From Paragordius varius (Eukaryota; Animalia; Nematomorpha), in assembly GCA_964247055.1 (NCBI GenBank), contig OZ176054.1, forward strand, positions 4,960,001-5,024,000: a stretch of 64,000 nucleotides of DNA, written 5' to 3'. Positions 24,205-37,100 of this stretch are shown in pieces. The translations under genes and the position numbers were made by a program. Positions within the stretch are counted from its first letter, which is position 1; every line of letters starts with the position of its first letter. Below the pieces are notes generated by a model. That model was given only the letters and a program-made list of their open reading frames with translations, was not told where the DNA came from and did not search any database.

Positions 24205-24895
24205 TACAGTAGCGTATGCAGTAAAAGATTGTCAGTGCAAAATAATCTTAATGAACACAAAACAGGGGGACAATTTTCATATATTAATTATCATTCAGTC
24301 CTATTTATAAACATATCCATAATATAAGTTGAGTGGGTGACGACGAAGTGTTGTTAAATAAGATTCGTGTGTTAACGTCGTGTGAATAATGAAAGAAAAT
24401 AAAAATAAATTTATTATAGACTCAAATTTTCGCCCAATGGCATCATCAGGAGTTGTTAAAAGAAAAAACTTAAAATAAAGTATAACCAAGAAAAAAATAT
24501 AAAATGAAATTAAATGTGAGACAAATCAATGCTTATAAATTGATATAATAGACAAAGGAAAGTAACATAAAAGAAAACCGTTATAATCTTGAGCGCATGT
24601 GCAATATATTTTTTATAAGAACATAAATATATCTACATCAGACAAAACAAACAAATTATAAAAAATAAAAAATTTAAGTAATATCAATGCTGTATAAAGT
24701 TTTTGGAATAAAAATACTATGGTTTTTTATAAAAATTTTGGTTTGTGGGTGAATCTCTCTTTTCTCTTCTCGCCTATTAAGAAGTCCATGTTCTGAGTTC
24801 TGTATGTATAAGGCTTCCTTTGTCAGTCTAGACTTTAGTTTCTTCTCGATAAGATTATTTTGCACTAACAATCTTTTACTGCATACGCTACTGTA
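24205..24895 (-). mobile_element. Penelope-like element 3' relic (GIY-YIG endonuclease tail plus pLTR-like region) bounded by 46-bp inverted repeats
   Basis: ORF 24674-24871 contains KSRLTKEALYIQNSEHGLLNRREE, matching the R..KEA.YI....LN motif that ends PLE GIY-YIG domains. 24205-24250 is the RC of 24850-24895 with one mismatch. Confidence 0.7.
24420..24453 (-). ncRNA. Candidate minimal type I hammerhead ribozyme
   Basis: Minus strand reads ACUC-CUGAUGA-U-GCC(AUUG)GGC-GAAA-AUUU-GAGU: catalytic core, 3-bp stem II, 4-bp stem I (ACUC/GAGU) and palindromic loopless stem III (AAUU). Lies downstream of and co-oriented with the PLE endonuclease tail. Confidence 0.65.
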
Positions 24896-25062
24896 AATAG
24901 GCTATTATTATTTTAAGGCTTAAAAATGCGCATGTTGAAAGTTGACATATCAAACATCAAAACAATTAAAAAAAATTATAATCATTTATAAATACGAATT
25001 TCTGACAATTCTATATAGACATGACTGTAATAAAAGTTCTTTCTTTATTTTTAAAATGTCCC

Positions 25063-26250
25063 TGACATCGCTTACTACCTCTATTATTGTCAATCATTTT
25101 AGTGACATTTAACAAACATAGTAATATTAAAACCAAACCAAAATTGACTCAAGATTTGTATCAATTCAAAATGTGCAACCCGGATATCTCCGTTTTGTTT
25201 ACACAATTTAGTTCTGTTAGTTGATTTCTCATCTTTGGAATGGTTATTATTACGCATCAAAGTTGTCGATTATTGTATTATCTGGTAGTTGACTTTCTTA
25301 AAAGGGAATTTAACTGGCTAGCGTATTACCTTTTGAGAGTCTTTTATTGTAACGGTCTCATGTAAGATAAAATCCCAGCTTAGTCTCCCACTTCCCCTCG
25401 CCATTCTGAGCATAACTTTAAATCATTAATCGTACATGGAAAGAACTTAATACGAGAAAGCAGAGGATTGTGTTGTATTTACTGGAAGATTGGTAAAATG
25501 ATTCGCATTTTGATAGCCCATAGACACGTGCTATATGCATGTTGAGGAGACACTAGTTTTAATATATTTATATCTGCTTTTAATCTGCCTATCGGCCTTC
25601 CTGCAGATTTTGCTCTTGGGATGCTAGCCCATAGATTTTGTGTATTTGAGCTTTAAATTGCTCAAAGGCGATAAGAATTTTTTAACCGTTTTCGGAAATC
25701 TATATCGTTGAATAGAATTTCGCAGTCACTTAGCGATTTTGGATTTGAACTTTCACACAAATTGTGTGGACCCATTTGGTCTTTCCCAATGCTCGTGCCT
25801 ACTGATAGTTTTTGTGATACATAAAATACCTCTGCAGATTGCCATCGAGTTATAATGAGTCTCATCCAATAACTCTTACACTTTATTGTCATCATAATTG
25901 TGTGGTCTATTAAGGTACCCACCCGCTTAATCAGAGCTTTTAAATTTATAGAACCATAAATCAAATGGTTTAATCGATGGACTTTTAATATGTTTGTACC
26001 AGCCAAACAATAATTTTCAACGGTTTTTCTCCACTGATAAAATGAATACTAAAATCATGCACCCAAAGCGCAAAATCAATATGCCTACCGAATGATAAAA
26101 AAATCTATAGTTTTTCATGGACTCAGCTTTTGTGTGCTTGTCGTTTTATTCAGGTAATCAAAATGGCGTCTGTGTCAAATTAATCGACTGTATACTTTTC
26201 GCAGAAGTCTTTTTTGCTTATTAGGCAATGAATTACACTGAACTTGGTAA
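25063..26250 (-). mobile_element. Ancient degenerate Ty3/Gypsy pol fragment (RNase H end plus integrase), copy B
   Basis: Broken frames give HDFSIHFISGEKP, ELLDETH, HPKSK..IKSRYKYIK and AYSTCLWA, paralleling HPKSNG..TIKNKYKRIK and AFNTSLWAY of the element at 38305-42005. PPT-like agaggtagtaagcga followed by TGTCA at 25067. Confidence 0.65.
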
Positions 26251-29200
26251 AATAAGTGTTGGACCCATAAAATTATAATTTTGTTTTTATAATAATTTAC
26301 AATAACACATATTTCTTATTTAAATTGGGTAGGTATATTATAGTTATTGTATAAATTAATTGATAATATCGCTATTATTTTAAGAGAGTACAGTAGCATA
26401 TGCTGTTGTTAAAATACTTTTTAAAAATGATGTACCATCAAAAAATATATACTAAAATTTTCAATATATAGCCTATTTTTGCCGTTATTTTACTCTTAGT
26501 ATCTCTAGTTGGGAACGATAAAATCGTCCTCGCTCAAACATTTATAAATGGTATTGTATTTAACAGGGGTTGGGCCCACGCCCAGCGCCCAATTAAAAAA
26601 TTTAGCCTTAAATTTTTGCTTTTGTGTAGGTAATATCTCAAACCCCTACTGAATCCATGTGGTAGAGTTATTAAAAAACGTGCCTCTGAGCCAAATTTAA
26701 TTTCCACATGGTGGCAAATCGTAAATTTTGGGTCAGCGGCTATTTTAAAAGGTGTTCGACCATAATTTATATTCTTTATATGGATATTTACTAAATTTTG
26801 GGAAAAATTGCTATGAAGCCAAAGCGGTTTAAATTCCAGAAATAGGATTGAGCACATTAGCAAATCTTATACAATATAGAAACAATTGACGGTAGTATGT
26901 AACAATGCATATATTTAGTATGTTGATATTTTATTTATATTACACGCTATGTATAAATTGTTTAATTTAGCCATGCTAAAAACTTGAGTTTTTAATAAAT
27001 AATTAAATTATATTTTAGACATAAAAACCCAAAACAAGCATTAATAGCTTTGTTAAGGTCGGTAAGAAAAACTGAAAATTTTAAAAATGATTATATAACA
27101 GGAAAATCTTAAACTTGATTATGGAACGGCTCATCATTTTGAATACTCTCTCCACCTGTGTAGTTTAAAATGGTGTCAATGTTCATTATTTCGTTTAAAC
27201 TGCAGCCCTCGAAAAGATTTTTACGGTCTACAAGAAATTGAAGAAGAAAATTTCAAATATTTTTATTTTAAGCAAAATAACTGGTAAAATTATAAAAAAT
27301 ATAATATTTACTTAGATATATTTAGAATTATATATATTTCTTTTATCACCATGTAAAGCAAAATTTACATTTTAAGCCGTTGAAAACTTATATACCACTT
27401 ATTACTCTTGAATTTGATTTCATAAAGTACTATGAGTTTTTAGGGGAAATATTTTTAATTCCTTATTTTTATATAACCGTAAAGAGACAAAATTTAATTC
27501 TTTGAGACAGAGAGAGAATAGCTTCTTGATTTTTAAAAAAAGTAGGCATAAATCCAAATATATTTTTCCAAATTTTGCCAAAATTATAAACAAAAATTAT
27601 TACAAGATATATAATGGTCGTAAATTTAGTTACAATATCATAATTGAAAAATATTAAGATATTTATTGATGTCTTTGTTATATGCCCACCAGTGTTTTGA
27701 TCTAGAAATGCGGCCTCCGAAACCTCTTCAGTAACTAAGATTAAATTAAATTAATCAGCTAATTTCATATGCCAAATTCATGAAAGAAATTCCAAGCTTC
27801 TGAGAATAAAAATTATTAAATGTTATCTTTGCGATTAAAATAAAGTGTGAATAGATAAAATAAATTATTATTTTGTCGGAAACTCCATAATTTATTGAAA
27901 ACTTTCCGTTTGATGAGATGCTGTTTTGCATATGTTTTATTAGAAGGAATTTATAAATCAAGATTTTAAATTTTGCCCCATGATACAAAGAGTAAAAAAC
28001 CCATAAATTTGAATTAATTAATTAAATATAGGATTTAAACTGATGCAACTTCCATTTTTGTTATTGTCTATATCTTCCGATGAATTACCGTAAAAGACCA
28101 GAAGATTGTTCAACTTGACGTATTTTTCAAATTGAGGATATGTAACGTGCAATTCGTACGATTTTTTTTTCATGATTCCTCCCAAAGTAAAATTGTAAAG
28201 TCTTTCAGGAGCCGAAATCTATATAATTAATAAAAATTAAAATTATTTATTTATTCCGTTTCAGGAATGTCCTATATAATTCCGCAACCGCATGCGGCCC
28301 ATTTAAATTTGGAACATTCCCAAATAAATTGTTCGCAAAAATATTACTATACATTAAAATTACCTAATTAATTTTGGCAAACTAGCAAAAATTGATGAAA
28401 TAAATTATTTTTTTATTTCACCCGTATTTTAATTGATTTTTAAAATGGCAATTTTGTGCATCCCTATTCTATTTACTAGAACATGCGTAATCTCGAAAAG
28501 GTGACAAATTATGATGAAAAAAGGACTTACATTATGCTTCTCATATTTCATATTGGCTCGATCAAAGAATATCAATTGGGCTTGGGTGAATAGCAAGGTA
28601 ATCTCTATAGTTTTGCAATCCAAAATCTTGAATTCAGCATCATTTTCGGAGTTAATTGAAACGACAACATATAGATGTTAACATATACATAAGAGATGTA
28701 ATTGTAACAAAAAATGTTTTCTTACTGAAAGAACCAATTAGCTGCGAAGAGCCATATTTCACTGTCACATTATTTGTTATTGTATTTAGGGTTAAGAATG
28801 TAATATAACTGTCATTAGTCTAATATTATAAAAATAATATATATATATATATATATAAATATATATATAGTAATCGATATATATAGCATTTTTCAGTCAG
28901 CAACACTTTTTCGATTCAACGCAAAATTTTTCATCCAAACGGATTCCGTTTGCTTGTAAAAATGTTGCGTTAATGTTGCTTTTTACTGAAAATTAGGATA
29001 TTATAAAAATTTATCACTCCAATTTTTAATGATTATTCTCTATTTTATATCTATTTGTAAAAAATGTTTTTTTAAGGTGTGGTTGTTTATAAAATTAATA
29101 TACGTAAACTTCTCATGATTAAAATAAAAAAATCATTTTTTTTTAAAATATTTAAACAGATGTAGGCATTTATTACTACTTTATTACCTTTGTTTTTTAA

Positions 29201-29545
29201 ATTGGGGTGGATTTATGTCAGGAGCTAGCTTAATTTGATACAAAAAGAAGTTTTATTTTGGCAAAAAATTTACATACATATTGGATGAAAAAGTTTTAAT
29301 TTTTAACAGTTACGTAATTTATAGAGTCTAAAATTTAGCTTAAAATCTATTAAAACAAACACATGAATGCAAAATAAATGGCCAGATGCTATAAAATGTT
29401 GGACTTATAAGATTTTCCTTTTTAAATTGCTTAAAATATTTTTTTTATGTAATGAGCCTAAAGGCGTTGAATTTATATTTTTTGGTCCAATCATAAAATT
29501 AAGATATTTATTTCATTTTGGAGTAAAAAAGTAATTGATTAAAAT

Positions 29546-30124
29546 CAGGTGGAACCGGACCTGTTTTTGTGGAACCGGAACCGAAATTCATTTGATTTTT
29601 TCGGAACTATAGAACCATCTATTTATTCTAAAAACGGTACCATTTTTCTTTTTAACATTTTTTTTCTTTTTTCAACTATTTATACAATTTTAATATTAAC
29701 GTTATTCGTTAGCCTATCACATATTCAAAATGAAAGTAAACTGATGTTTATAATTTTAGAGAAAAGTTGCATTATCAGTATTATAATTACTATGACGATT
29801 TTATGAAGTGTACTATTTGTGATTTAATACTTACAGATTATTGTATTTTAAAAATATTTTAATGTGATGAGTTTTGATAAGCTGTTTTTCGCCTTATAAT
29901 ATAATTTTACTTTACTTTACTTTACAATAACAGCTCTGTAACCTCCGTTGGGTTTTGTACTGCGTTTGGCATATTCAAATTTTTTTGACAAAAAATTAAT
30001 GGAATTGTAACCATTGTCCCTAGAACCGTTTTAAAACGATTCTTGTATGGAACCGGAACCAAAATTATAAGCAAAAAAACTGATCTGGAACCGGAACCAA
30101 AAACGATTTCGGTTCCAATCCTTG
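29546..30124. mobile_element. hAT-type MITE with GGAACC subrepeats (579 bp)
   Basis: Ends CAGGTGGAACC..GGTTCCAATCCTTG with TSD attaaaat/gttaaaat (7/8 match). Only the right end survives in copy C (~46234-46270). Confidence 0.75.
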
Positions 30125-30730
30125 GTTAAAATGAATAGAATACTCGTTTCTTGATGTAGTTGTAATTGAATCTGTTATTGATTTCCACATGGTAGGTGGT
30201 ATTACATGATGGACAAAACAAAAAAATTTGAGACACATCTGAATCGTTCGGTCTACTTGTGAAGCGCATTCTCTGCAGTTGCTTGTTAAATTTTATCCTA
30301 TTGCAAACTTTTTAATATTAAAATATAAAGGAACCATACTTTTGGCATCATCTTCGAAATATAACATATAAAAATAATCCCAGAGACTACATTCATTTGG
30401 CTTATGTTCACTAAGAGCGTATATATCCTCCCCTACATTTGGGGAATATTTTCTGGCTAAATCTGTTAAACCGATGCTAGAAACGCTTTCGTGTTCAGTA
30501 ATGTTAAATTTGTCTACTGATACTTTAGTTTTATTTGGGTAGTGAAATAAATTATATTTATCCAGACGAATTTTTATTGTCAATGCGCGTGTTCCCAAAT
30601 CATACAATACATACAAAACACCATTCAGATCAGATCTCCTTATATCAAGTTCATTGATCTAAGATAATACAAATTCAATATTTATAGTTTTTATTGTTAT
30701 TGTATATGACGCTTAAATTTATGATATAAG

Positions 30731-30799
<69 letters not shown>

Positions 30800-30801
<2 letters not shown>

Positions 30802-31477
30802 ATTTGCACTTCAAGAGGAACACTTCAAGTTGGTCCTTGAACATTTCAAGGGTCCTTGAACAATTCAAATTGGTCCTTGAACAATTCAAGTTGGTCCTTA
30901 AACAGTTCAAGTTGGTCCTTGAACATTTCAAGTTGGTCCTTGAGCAGTTCAAGTTGGTCCTTAAACACTTCAAGTTGGTCCTTAAAATTTATAAATTTTG
31001 ATTTAACCATAATTTTTACATTTATTTTTTTATTTTATTATTTATTAACCTAATTTTCTTTATTTATTATATATTTATTCATTTAAAAATAAAAATTCTT
31101 ATTGAAAAACCACTTTTTTGTTTCAAACTATTTTTTTTCAATTGAACAAAATTATTGACTTTTAAATGTTTTTAATGAAAAATTTTAAAAAATAACCCAG
31201 AAAACTTATATATTATTTCATTTCATGTTAACATCTTATAAATTTCCAAAATTATTTTGAGAATTTATTAAAGATATACGGTTTTTTAAAGATTAAAACT
31301 TGATATCGATTTAAAATTTATGTTAAATAATAGAAAATAGGTTAAAAACAATAAAATAGATGAATTATTTACGATTTGATTGATAAAAGTTAAAAACAAA
31401 ACAAAAAAGTCAAAGGACCAACTTGAAATGTTTAAGAACCAACTTGAACTGTTCAAGGACACTCTTGAAGTGCAAAT

Positions 31478-31479
<2 letters not shown>
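30800..31479. mobile_element. Foldback-like 21-mer MITE, copy 2 (680 bp), inside a (TA)n tract
   Basis: Same termini and interior as 18176-18917, with 8 left units and ~2 right units. The homologous intron site in copies A (~571-590) and C is empty. Confidence 0.9.
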
Positions 31480-31516
<37 letters not shown>

Positions 31517-33387
31517 AATGTTAATCTTACATTTGTCCAAGTCTTTTTATGATTTTTCGATATATATTCCACTTGAATATTAGTATCTGGAATCTTTATC
31601 CAAGAAATATGTGCACCTTGACATTGGTTATTTTCAGTTATTTCTTCCATCTTATGGATATTATTTTGATATGCATGGAAGTATCCTTTAGGTATACAAG
31701 ATTAATTAAATTCCCCCTGTAACCTTTTAATTCCACTCTTTAACTTAACATTTTAAATTCACCCCTTTACCATTTTCAACACTTTGAATACACCTATCAA
31801 CATTTCATTTTCACCTAAAATAATACAGAATTTCAATAAAATATTATTTTTATATTAATTTACCATTTTGTATTTTGCTAATCTAAAAATTGTAAATACT
31901 ATTCATAAATATTGCGTATCATGATACATGCACTTTTTCGATTTTTAATATACCATTTACAAATCAAATTCACCCTAAAAATAAATTATGTGTTTTGGGG
32001 CTAATACTCATTATTATTAATATATAAATATATCTTTATGGCATTATTATTTTTTCTATTATTTTAATTTTGAACCAAATTTGATTTTTTTTAAAAAAAT
32101 ATAGGTAATTTTTAATCTTAAAAACAATACATTTTATGTAGAATTCGAATCTCGAGGGTGATTTTGATTTGTTCGAGGGCAAATTTGAATTGTTCAATGG
32201 TGAATTTAAAATGTAAATAGTATATAGCCTGAGTCATACACTATATATATCATATTGGTTTGTGTTAAAAGCTCTCAAATGACCCCAAAAATTGAAAGAA
32301 AAATTAATTATTGATAAATTATTTATTTATATTGTAAAATAATAATAATATTTTTGTGAATTGCAAAAGAAGTGAATGTTATTATAGCAAAGGGAGCGAA
32401 TATGAAGCTATTTTTTGCTGAGTCTTTGTTAACTGTAAATTCTATTTTTATCAACAGGCAAATACCTATTTTTATTGAACTATCTAGAATGAAAAAGTTT
32501 AAAGTTTGGTAAAACTAAGTCTAATATATAACATTTTACTTCAAATAAAATCAAAACACAAATATTTAATTTATTTTTAGGGTGCAATTTTAATGTTTCA
32601 AGGTGAGTGCGAAATTGGATTTTTAATGTATATTTTAAGGGGATAAATTCAAAATTTTAAACTAAGTTTAAAATCAGAACCATAAAAATTTGTCCTAATT
32701 GATAATTTCGCTAATCAACAATTTTATGATATATACCGAATCTATTTTTTTTTGAAAAAAATCCAGCTTGTTCGATCCCCACTTCATATATTGTGTTTAT
32801 TTGGACATCAATAAAGATTACGTTTCCTTGCCACTACATGCCAATATAATTAATCATATTATTCAATAAAATATCAGTACTTCTTGCAAACTTTTCGCTA
32901 AATAAAATTTTTTTGGTGATAGCAAAATACATTCCAAATAAATGAATATAAAAAGAAAAACAATATTTTTTAATAATAGTACTTCGGCCGTGGGCTTCAA
33001 AAGCCTCATATATTTGTAAACGTAAAATGCCGATATTGCCCAATAAATTATCAAATAATACCAAATTTTCACATTAAACCAGATTTTCATTAAAAAATAG
33101 ACATTTTGCTTGAAAATAGAAAATTTTGGTAAAACGGATTTTATTTTATTTTAAAGCATCGAAAACGGTATCAAAACACTTTGAAATGCTATATAAACGT
33201 TTTTTCCATATAATTGATACAGAACATTTTTATCTTATGATTATAATCTAAAGCAAAAGACTCAACAGGTTCGTTTGCTTTCGAATTCGGTTAAATCTTT
33301 ATATAAAAACAATTATTATTTGACAGAAAATTTAAGGCCAAAGAATATATCAAAATTCTGAGGGAATGAATGTTCAGCAACTGCGAA

Positions 33388-34118
33388 TCTATATATTTAT
33401 AAAAATGGAAAAAGCTGGCTTTGTGATCTGGTACAGGAAAACCGGTAGACCCAATCAAATCCAAATATCGAAAAAATATAATCATTAATGAATGCCCCGA
33501 CAATAGCTTCGCCCTTTTTTTGAAATAGGCCCCCAGTCCGGGCCCACCCCGTATGAAAAACGGGTTTTTTTTGAAAACAGAAGTCCACAAAAATCGTGTC
33601 TTTGAGACAATTTTCCGGAGAAGAGTTGGGCCATTCAATTTTAAATATGATTTTTGTTTACTTATTTTCGATTGCGCTGAACATAGCCGACTTTTTTGAT
33701 TTAGGCCCTCTTTTTACCCGCTCCCCCCGTAAAATGTCATTTTTTTTCAAAAAAAAACAAAGTCCACAAAAATATTTTTTTGATTGTATTTTTTTGCCCA
33801 AGGTATGAGACTGTAAAAATTCGTGAAGGATTTTTCGTAATGCCTGTTAAAAGGCAAAAATTTTAGTCAGGCGTTTCTTTGATGATAGCTGCTGAGTAAG
33901 GAGTATCTATCATATGTATAGCATGTTAAAAGATATATGGATATTAAAACATTATTTATGGTAATCTATATATTTATAAAAATGGAAAATGCTGGCTTTG
34001 TGATCTGGTACAGGAAAACCGGTAGACCCATTAAAATCCAAACTTTGAACCCCCCCTCTCCCCCCCAGAAGTCCGAAGGACTTCCTCGGGCTGCGTAGCA
34101 GCACGAGATTCACGCTAG
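33388..34118 (+). mobile_element. Non-autonomous composite Helitron (731 bp) with two 5' ends
   Basis: A|TCTATATATTT start and CTAG|T end. 10-bp GC hairpin 34085-34107 (one mismatch) lies 7 nt before CTAG. No TSD. A ~79-bp 5' end is repeated at 33965. The site is empty in copy A (~2440). Confidence 0.88.
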
Positions 34119-37100
34119 TTATATATAAAGAGTGTTTTTATAACTTAAGCGATTTTATACCGTTTTCATCATGCCTCAAAATAGTAAAATGTACATTTCA
34201 GCAAAATTTTTCTAAAAATTAAATTTTTAAACATGGTATGCATTTTTCCAAAAATATATTTTTTTGATGTTATAATTTAGCTTTTTATGGCATCTCGGCA
34301 TTTTTGCGTTTATTTTAAGATAACGAACCTATTTAAGAAGTGCAGAAAAATTTGGGACGTTCGGAGCCCACAACTAATATTTCAGATCACTCGTAAGGCA
34401 CAAATCGGTCTAAACCACTATGTTCCTAATACATTTCTCTTTAGGAATATATATATTTCATCAGGATATTTATTAGTTATGATATGTTTCAAAAATTTTC
34501 TGGTTAGTTAAAGTTTTGCATAAGGTTGAAGAAATATTTTATTATACAGGATCTGGAAGCAGCATATAATTTATATAAGATGTCTTTCAAAATGGCTGGA
34601 TTTAAATTTTCGACAGAATACATTTTAACCATAAATATTAGGAAAATATTTTTAAACTTTTGCCTAACAGATTACAGTTTATTTGGTGCTAATTTTAGAA
34701 AATGTCAGAGAGTTTATTTTTAACATCTTTGCTATTTTATTATAAATTTAACGCAATATGCCGGCCTTTTCCTTAGTCATTCTTAATAAGCTTTCAAAAG
34801 CCTATAATATATTTTTAAATAATGTTACGATCAACAGATATAAAATTTACCTTGTAAACTGAAGTGTCGTATGTTGCACCGAATTCTAGTTTCATGCTTC
34901 TAACAATTAAATCAGGTTTGGCGTAGTAAGGCTCTGCGTTCCAATTAATTAGGGCTTTTCGATCTTTTATTAATTCGAAAGTTTGAAACATGGTATTTTC
35001 TGCTCACATAAACAGATATTTAAATGGTAAAAAAAATATTCTTTATACTATACAACCCCAAATATAGACTATAAATTTTCAATAGTTTACCATATATTCG
35101 TTCAAATGTTTGAACGATGTTTTTCTCTATATCAACAATTTCGACCTGAATTCTGAATGTCCCAAAATATGGAAATCGAAATGTCACATTATCTGAATAT
35201 ATCTAACATGTAAAATAAAAAATACAATATATGCAGTTTATATCAGTCTCTTTTGTCTCATTTTTATTTAAGGAGTTAGGACTTGAATAATTGTATCAGG
35301 ACTTTAGAAAGCTTTAACACTTGCGTCCACAGGGATGATAATGATGATGAAAAAATTGCATAATTTTGAATTAAAAACTTCGGCACTTTACACACACATA
35401 ATTTATCCGGCGCCCTACATACTATACCATTACGCCTTTTTATAATTAAAAATATAAACATTACTATAAATGATTATTTAACTGAATTTGCTAGAAACTA
35501 AAAAGAGAATCAAACCTCATCGAACATGATGATAGAATTCGTTTCATTCCTAATAGTCCATATACAGTATTGCAAATAGCCCGCTGGACAGATTAATGTT
35601 TTGAGATGTGGATTATCAATATCATAGACAACGCATATGCTTTGATTGACTAAAAATAAACCAAACATAGTTGATACATTTGCGTAGATACTAAAATTTT
35701 GGGCAAGCTTAGCCCATTAATATAAATTTTTATTATATCTAGAAGTTAAATTACATCTTAAATTTATCCATATTACATACTGTAAAATATAGTATGATGT
35801 ATAAACTGACACAATACTTTACCATTAATATTCGTGTAAATTAGATTATTTTTGTCCTTTGCAAAATGGAATTCAACGGGTTTGGCTTTTATAACTTTGG
35901 TTTTAGAATTTGACCCCTACAAATTAAAATAATTTTTAAATAGTCATAACCAATTATAAATTATTACTATATGGATATACAAAAAAGCGACATTGTCTAG
36001 CATATGGAGAAAAATTAAATTAACTTTAAAGGGTCAAAATTAGACTTTTTTTTGCTTACCAGTCTAAGATGCCCGAATTTATAATATAAATTTTTACCAT
36101 CATATCAGTTGATATCGGCGTTTCACCAAAAATATGTTGTGTAAGGGTAAACCCGTCATCCCATGTAATTGGATGTGGAAACTACATTAAAACGATAAGC
36201 CACACATTGGGTGAAAATATATTTATTATTAATCAATATAGTAAAATATAAATTTTACCGTAAAATGAATGGCGGTCGATGAATTATTTCCAGTCATTTT
36301 TATGTCCAATTGAGCTTTATGGGCTAAGTAAATTAATATACCTTGTTAAAACAATCGTTTCCAATCTCGAAAAATCGATGAACATGCAATTATAACCAGA
36401 GTTAGGTCTGACAGGATAAGATGCACTTCGTATCTGTGACTACTTACAAAACAGTCAAAATTTTTGATCAGGATGTATTAAGTAGTTTCTGAAAAATTGA
36501 GGAATTTTAAGATTTTATCAATTTTCATATATGATTAAAAGCAAATCGATGTAAATTTCGTTTTTTATTTATTTTCACCAACACGTTCCCTATAAATCAT
36601 AAGAGATGTCTATGTTACTGGCAAAATTTTATATTTAAAAAATTAAAAGTAGCTTCTCTACAAAAAAAATATTTTTTGCCGATTTGAATATCGATAACCT
36701 AAATACTTATTCTATGAATTTAAGGCATATGAAATTTTATAGACAAAGTGTTTTAAAATAAATATGTATATATGCTAAAATACTTTTACATCGCTAAAAT
36801 TTTGAAGAGGGTTATTCTTAACATAAAAAATGGAAATAATTATAATAAAGACTGTTATCAATTTTTAGATAAATAAAAATTACAGGTTTGTAAAAACGAG
36901 TTTTGTGTCACTTTTAATTTTTCCATATGGATTAAGTATTTAAATTTTACTGTAATGCATTTCATCGATATGGTGAAATATGTTATGGATTAAGCCAACT
37001 CGAATCTTGTATTTCCTTCCAATCGTTAAGTTGAGAGGTACATCTGGCGAATATGCCTAGTTTATAAATGTTAAATATATTTTTATCCCAAATAGAATCT

